Shown one piece after another: positions 36,111 through 42,061 of a stretch of 42,061 nt of DNA (position 1 is the first letter of the stretch; every line of letters starts with the position of its first letter). Location of the stretch: assembly GCF_004010195.1 (NCBI RefSeq), contig NC_057717.1, positions 107,228,585 through 107,270,645 of the forward strand, given 5' to 3'. The notes under the pieces were generated by a model that saw only the letters and a list, made by a program, of their open reading frames with translations, was not told the origin of the DNA and did not search any database. The translations under genes and the position numbers were made by a program. Source of the stretch: Chiloscyllium plagiosum. Taxonomy: Eukaryota.

Positions 36111-36241
36111 AAGACATATTTTGACACTTTTTGACAGATCTTGACATGGTGATATTTGTCCACATATCTAGACAAAGCTTGACAGACCTTGACACATATT
36201 GCTATCCTTGACACTTCTTGACAGGTTTATACTTGTTGACA
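36111..36241 (+). repeat. Array of TTGACA motifs with 10-bp periodicity
   Basis: Exact TTGACA at 36121, 36131, 36141, 36179, 36189, 36208, 36218 and 36236. Confidence 0.8.
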
Positions 36242-38784
36242 CCTGAGAAGGCTCACCACTTTTTCAAAGAAAATTAGAGATGGCAATACATGCTGCTCTT
36301 GCACAAGAGTTGCAATACGTCCCAGAACAACCTTAAATAAGCTGTTCAATGACTGTGTATGTTGTTATAGCTGATGCTAACTTGGATGGCTTATCTTTGG
36401 TGGCCTCTGGTATGGGAGGGATAAATCAGACAGGGTTCTTGCTGCTGAATGCTATTTGCTGGAAGATATGTGTTTTGATCTTGACTGGAACATTCCACAT
36501 GATGTAATAACCTGTCAACAATGAATGTCTAAGTGGAGTTTGTTTAAATTTTAAACTAGATGGGTTGACTTTGATTGGTCAAGACATTGTCCTGAGATAT
36601 GAGCGAGAAAATGGCTATTGCCTAGTTTGTTGAGTTGTAACAGGCAGAATGTATGTAAATATTCTTCCTATGTGCATAGAACTGGCCCTATGTACTGACA
36701 TATGTAGCTTCCAAGACACAAACCTCTTGACAATCAAAGTTAACCTGTCAAGTTGAAAACTTAAACAAAGTTTGGCAGTTAGCTGTCAGTCATCATTAAG
36801 TGCTGCATTCTCCATAGCAATGCCACAATCAATCAGAGTCTATTTGCCATCAAATTAGTATAAAGAATGCTTACCCTTTTTTGCAGTATTTCCTGATGAC
36901 AAAAAGCTTAAACAAAATACATGTTTTTTTCAGGAATACTCAAATTCTGTACTTCCAAATGATTATTACATTGTTGTTAAACTATGAAAACCATGTAGAA
37001 ATTCACATCAGATAGGGTCAAAATGCCTCTGTTATTCGGATCCTGTCTAAAATGTGGAAGTCATAACTCAATTCTGAGAGGATGGCCTCATTGCGTACTC
37101 ATGGCTACTCATAGCCCTGTAGAAAGTACATTTATATAGCACTTTCAACACAGTAAAATATCCTAAAGTGTTTCACAGAAGCAAAATAAAAAGATATTGG
37201 GGCAATGACCACAAGGTGGCGGATGTGGGAATTACAACATTGTCAGCTGGCATTTTGCTATTTGAGGTCAGAACAAAGTCATATTACTGAAAGCAAAGGC
37301 AGTTGCGCAAGCATAGTCAGTAAACAGCTACATTAAAGACTATTATTCTGACTTGCGCTATCTCTGGTATCACCAAGGCTGGGGATAATAAACAGCTGAT
37401 GGCTCAGCATTGCACAGACTTTAGAGATCCTATTTTAGAATTTTGCTCGATTGCCAAAACTCTTTGGCACCAGCGGCACTTTCCTATCAATAGCACCCAA
37501 TGATGTCTATTAGGGGTTTCAGTGCCAGAGGTATGGTTTCTGAATTGATCATGTTCCAGGATTGCCCCTTTTACTATCAACTTAATAAATGCAATTTAAG
37601 ATAAAATATTGATACCTTCACCCAAAATTCAACCTTCCCTGCTTTTCCTTTCTAATCATTTGCAGCCACACTGTTCTCACAAAACCATTTAATTCATTGC
37701 GTGAGTGCTTCAGATGTTTTTGTTATGTGAAGGCCTATTTCTGTTTCACTGAGGGGGCTGGGTTGTAACCTTGACTCCACTAGCTCCAGTATTTGGTGAC
37801 ATTTTTACACAATCATTGTGTATGGCTGGCCCCTAAAGACACATCAAGTATACAACAATATGTGTATGTGTGTTGCGTTAATTTGCCTGCTATTTACTGG
37901 GCTTTAATTTTCACGCTGTACTGTAAACTCTATGTCATAACTGACAGCAGGACAGCAAAAGTAAGAAATTATCGACATTACAAATGGCTGGAACTGTGAA
38001 GATGTTCAATTGAAAAATTGCCTCACAGCAACTTTTGCTGAGAGATCTGCTGGCCAGGGTTCTGCACAACATCTTCCTCTTTCAACGTGTAAACCGTACA
38101 AAGGCACTATGAGATGAAAATATCTTGAACATGCAATGGGCTTATTTGAAACAAGTTTGTGGCAATTTTATGGATACTTCTGAAGGAAAGGGGGATTGCT
38201 CCTTACTGCGTTGGGCTCATTTGTACCCAACTTTGTGTTTTAACTGCCCTCGGAATATGTTATGGGGATGTATAGAAAACTTCACTCTTGATGTTGTACT
38301 TGCTCTACAAATCTAATGCTGACACAGAGTGCTTGAAACTGAATTGTTCTGCTCCAAATTTTTTAATGTGTAAAAGAAATTTAAAAGTGCATCAATTAAT
38401 ACTTGGGGGCGACAGGGGAAAGAAAAACAATTTCCTGAACTGCGTAACTTTTTATCAAGAATTTGTATTGTAGTATCAAGAGAATTTAGTGAGGAAATGA
38501 CAGCAAGAATATACTGCGAATATACAGAAGTGTGATGACATATGCAGTGTGAACAGGAACTTAGGGGGAGGGCAGGAAGAGTAACTGGCTGAATAAGGGA
38601 GACAGCACCAGAATAAAATAGCTGTCGCTATAAAATCAAGAGATTGTCATTCATCCAGAGTTTATATCACTTTGCTCTCAAAGCAAATCGCTGCAATTTT
38701 AAACCCTGGGATTGAAAGACTTTGTTCCCTTAATTCCTAATAGAAAGAAAACTAAATGCTAGATAATCCATGCCTCTGTAAGTG

Positions 38785-38887
38785 GAACGAAACAGAAAGT
38801 GCTGAAGAAACTTGATGTCTGGCAGCCTCTGTGGAGATAGAAACAGAGTTAATGTTTTGAGTCTAATATGACTTGTTTTTCAGAGCT
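38785..38887 (-). mobile_element. Family C fragment, hammerhead motif decayed
   Basis: GGCAGCCTCTGTGGAGATAGAAACAGAGTTAATGTTTTGAGTC matches 9910-9955. Confidence 0.6.
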
Positions 38888-39446
38888 TTGCTGCTTTTTG
38901 TTCAAACGGTAGTGATCCAGCCCTCAAAATGGACTGAGTGCTCTGTCGGGACTGCCATGGATGCTACCAGCTGTCCAGCCACAGTCTGTGTTGATGAAGG
39001 GAGGTGGCATTAAATCTACATCAATAAGTGGTGATGTTGTTATACATCAGGGAAGCTGCAAAAACTGCCGTGGCCGCTTGTATTGACTTATAATTATGTT
39101 AAATGGTTTAAAATTTTCAGTACAAGATGTTATGCAAGAGAACTAAGCCCTATCCTTACCTTTTACACCATACAATAAATGGTCTTGCTAATTATTACCT
39201 GAGGCAGCTAATACATCATCATTCACTACTTTAACTTGCATATTAAGTGGAACTACTTCATGATCAGACAATGTTTTATCACATGGACTATGCTCCTGAC
39301 TGGAAATTCTTACGGAACACATCTGCTTAAAGAAAGACTTGCATGAGCAGAACATGTGGACTCAGGGCACAAGTAACACAATAGTAAGTTGGATACAAAT
39401 GGATAGTCAAGGTGAAAGGTAGTTGCTCAGATGAGCATAAAATGGG

Positions 39447-39820
39447 AATTTGTGAAACTTGAAAGAGTTCAGAAAAGATTTGGAAGGATGTTTCCAGTAT
39501 TGGAGGGTATGAACTACAGGGAGAGGCTGAACAGGATGGGGCTATTTTGTCTGCAGTGTCAGAGGCTGAGGAGTGACCTTGTAGAAGTTTATAAAATCAT
39601 GAGGGGCATAGAGAGGATAAATAGACAAGGTCTATTCCCTGGGGTAGGGAGTCCAAAACTAGAGAACATAGGTTTAAGGTGAGAGGGCAAAGATTTAAAA
39701 AAGACCTAAAGGGCAACATTTTCACGCAGAGGGTGGTACATTTCTGAATGATCTGCCAGGTGGTTGGCATGGATGAGTTGGACCGAAGGGTCTATTTCCA
39801 TGGTTGTACATCTCTATAAT
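39447..39820 (+). mobile_element. CR1 (HER1-like) 3' end
   Basis: VKLERVQKRFGRMFP...QRLRSDLVEVYKIMRG; ends TACATCTCTATAA. Confidence 0.9.
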
Positions 39821-40954
39821 TAATGTTGAACAAGTACTGGTGCTGGGACCAATTTCTTTACCAATTACATATATAAATGTAGATTTGGGAATTAAAAGTC
39901 CAGTATGAGTCGGAGGAGGTAGGGGAGGTCCTTAATGAATACTTTGCTTCGGTAATCACTACTGAGAGGGACCTTGTTGTTTGTGAGGACAGCATGAAAC
40001 AGGCTGATATGCTCAAACAGGTTGATGTTAAGAAGGAGAATGTACAGGAAACTTTGAAGAACAAGGATAGATAAGTCCCCTGGGCCAGGCTGGATATACC
40101 CAAGGTCACTACAGCAAGTGAGGGAAGAGATTGCTGCACCTTTGGCGATGATCTTTGTGTCCTCACTGTCCACTGGATTAATGCCACATGATTGGAGCAC
40201 AGCAAATGTTATTCCCTTGTTCAAGAAAGGGAATAGGGAATTACAGACCAGTCAATCTTATGTTTATGGTGGGCAAATTAATGGAGAGGGTTCTGAAAGA
40301 GAGGATTTATGATTATTTGGAAAACCATTGTTTGATTAGAGATAGTCAGCATGGCTTTGTGAGGGGGAGGTCATGCCTCACACCTTTATTGAATTCTTTG
40401 AGTATGTGACAAAACATGTTGATGAAGGGAGAGCAGTGGATGTGGTGTATATGGATTTTAACAAGGCATTTGAGAAGGTTCCCTATGGTAGGCTCAATCA
40501 GAAAGTAAGGAGGCATGAAATACAGATAATTGGCTGGCCCATAGAAAACAGAGGGTGGTAGTAGATGGAAAGTATTCAGTCAGGAGCTTGGTGACCAGTG
40601 GTGTTCTGCAGGGATTTGTTCTTGGACCTCTGCTCTTTGTGATTTTTACAAATGACATGGATGATGAACTGGAAGGATGGGTTAGAAAGTTTTCTGATGA
40701 CACTAAGCTTAATGGAGTGGTGGATAGTGTGGAGGGCTGTTGTAGGTTGCAACGAGACATTGACAGGATGCAGAGCAGGGCAGAGTAGTGGCAGATGGAG
40801 TTCTACCTGGATAAGTGTAAAGTGATTCATTTTGGTAGGTCGAAATTGAATGCAGATTACATGGTTAAAGGCAGGATTCTTGGTAGCGTGGAGGAACAGA
40901 GGGATCTTGGGCTCCACGTCCATAGATCCTCAAAATTGATACCCAAGTTGATAG

Positions 40955-41156
40955 AAAGTGAGGTCTGCAGATGCTGGAGATCAGAGCTGAAAATGTGTTG
41001 CTGGAGAAGCGCAGCAGGTCAGGCAGCATCCAGGAACAGGAGAATCGACGTTTCGGGCATAAGCCCTTCTGAAGAAGGGCTTATGCCCGAAACGTCGATT
41101 CTCCTGTTCCCTGGATGCTGCCTGACCTGCTGCGCTTCTCCAGCAACACATTTTCA
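40955..41156. mobile_element. Young family A fold-back element inserted in CR1 ORF2
   Basis: Tail 40955-40987. Arms 40988-41070 and 41073-41156 differ by one indel. 14-bp TSD ACCCA(A/G)GTTGATAG at 40941-40954 and 41157-41170. Confidence 0.95.
41067..41100 (+). ncRNA. Minimal type I hammerhead ribozyme motif (intact core, weak stem I)
   Basis: CTGAAGA(41069-41075)-A-GGGC-TTAT-GCCC-GAAA-CG-TC with palindromic ACGT stem III. GUC site ends at 41096. Confidence 0.7.
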
Positions 41157-41748
41157 ACCCAGGTTGATAGGGTTGTTAAGAAGGTGTACGGTATGTTGGC
41201 TTTCATTAGGAGGGGGATTGAGTTTAAGAGCCACGAAGTTCTACAGAGCCCTGGTTAGACTACACTTGGAATATTGTATTCAGTTCTTGTCGCCTCATTA
41301 TAGGAAGGAAGTGGAAGCTTTAGAGAGAGTACAGATGAGATTTACCAGGATACTGCCTGGAGGGCATGTCTTATGAAGAATGGTTGAGGGAGCTACAGCT
41401 TTTCTAATTGTAGCAAAGAAGGATGAGAGGTGACTTGATAGAGGTGTACAAGATGATGAGAGGCATAGATAGAGTAGATAACCAGAGGCATTTTCTCAGG
41501 GCCGAAATGGCTATCACAAGGGGTCATAATTTTAAGGTGACTGGAGGAAGGTTTAGGGGGGATGTCAGAGATAGGTTCTTTACACAGAGAATGGTGGGTG
41601 CATGGAATGCACTGCCAGCAGTGGTAGTAGAGTCAGATACATTAGGGACATTTAAGGAACTCTCGGATAGGCACATGGATGATAGTAAAATGAAGGGTAC
41701 GTAGGTTAGTTTGAACTTAGAGTAGGATAAAAGATTGGCACAACATCG

Positions 41749-42061
41749 AATTTGGTTTAAACTAATTTGGCAGGGGGATGGGATCCGGACTTGTAGTCCA
41801 GCAAGTAGGTTAGCTGTTTGTCAGGATGCCCAAGACTGTAGGGAGGCTGTGGAGAAGGTAGCACTGACAGGGACTACTTGCGGACACAGAGATGGGCTCA
41901 AGTGCGTATACTTCAACGCAAGGAGTATCAGAAATAAGGTGGGTGAACTTAAGGCGTGGATCGGTACCTGGGACTACGATGTTGTGGCCATCACGGAAAC
42001 GTGGATAGACAGGAATGGTTGTTGGAGGTTCCTGGTTACAGAGGTTTCAGTAAGATTAGGG
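41749..42061 (+). mobile_element. Start of another CR1 copy (ORF2 endonuclease N-terminus) running off the window
   Basis: LKCVYFNARSIRNKVGELKAWIGTWDYDVVAITETW from ~41897, followed by a frameshift. Confidence 0.9.

Larger units (their letters stand above)
39880..41748 (+). mobile_element. 5'-truncated CR1 LINE (RT region), disrupted
   Basis: GNYRPVNL, SQHGFVRGRSCLT, YMDFNKAFEKVP, GVLQGFVLGPLLF, KFSDDTKL, FFTQRMVGAWNALP. Confidence 0.95.

Noticed and set aside
36111..36241. Bacterial -35 boxes or a CRISPR-like array
   Set aside because: Vertebrate repeat context, 4-bp spacers, and no cas genes or bacterial ORFs.
40795..41376. 193-aa ORF
   Set aside because: Chimera of CR1 ORF2 and the palindromic insert; the remainder of the LINE is disrupted.

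Overview
Repeat-dominated eukaryotic genomic DNA, most likely from a shark or other elasmobranch: it carries eight HE1-type tRNA-derived SINEs and many CR1-clade LINE fragments. No intact host protein-coding gene is supported, and nearly all listed ORFs come from SINE, LINE or Penelope sequence or from the 922-bp N gap. The window also holds Penelope-like (PLE) RT and GIY-YIG remnants, two solo LTRs of one family with exact 5-bp TSDs, a Tigger-like MITE and a Harbinger-type Myb/SANT remnant. The standout signal is about a dozen short, often fold-back insertions from three sequence families, most with 7-15 bp TSDs. They carry intact or decayed minimal type I hammerhead ribozyme motifs (CUGANGA-A-stem II-GAAA-palindromic stem III-UH). 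One copy is physically joined to a Penelope GIY-YIG 3' end, and four motifs have intact cores (19140-19174 minus, 19605-19639, 27773-27809, 41067-41100). Family names come from my recognition of motifs, not from database searches.
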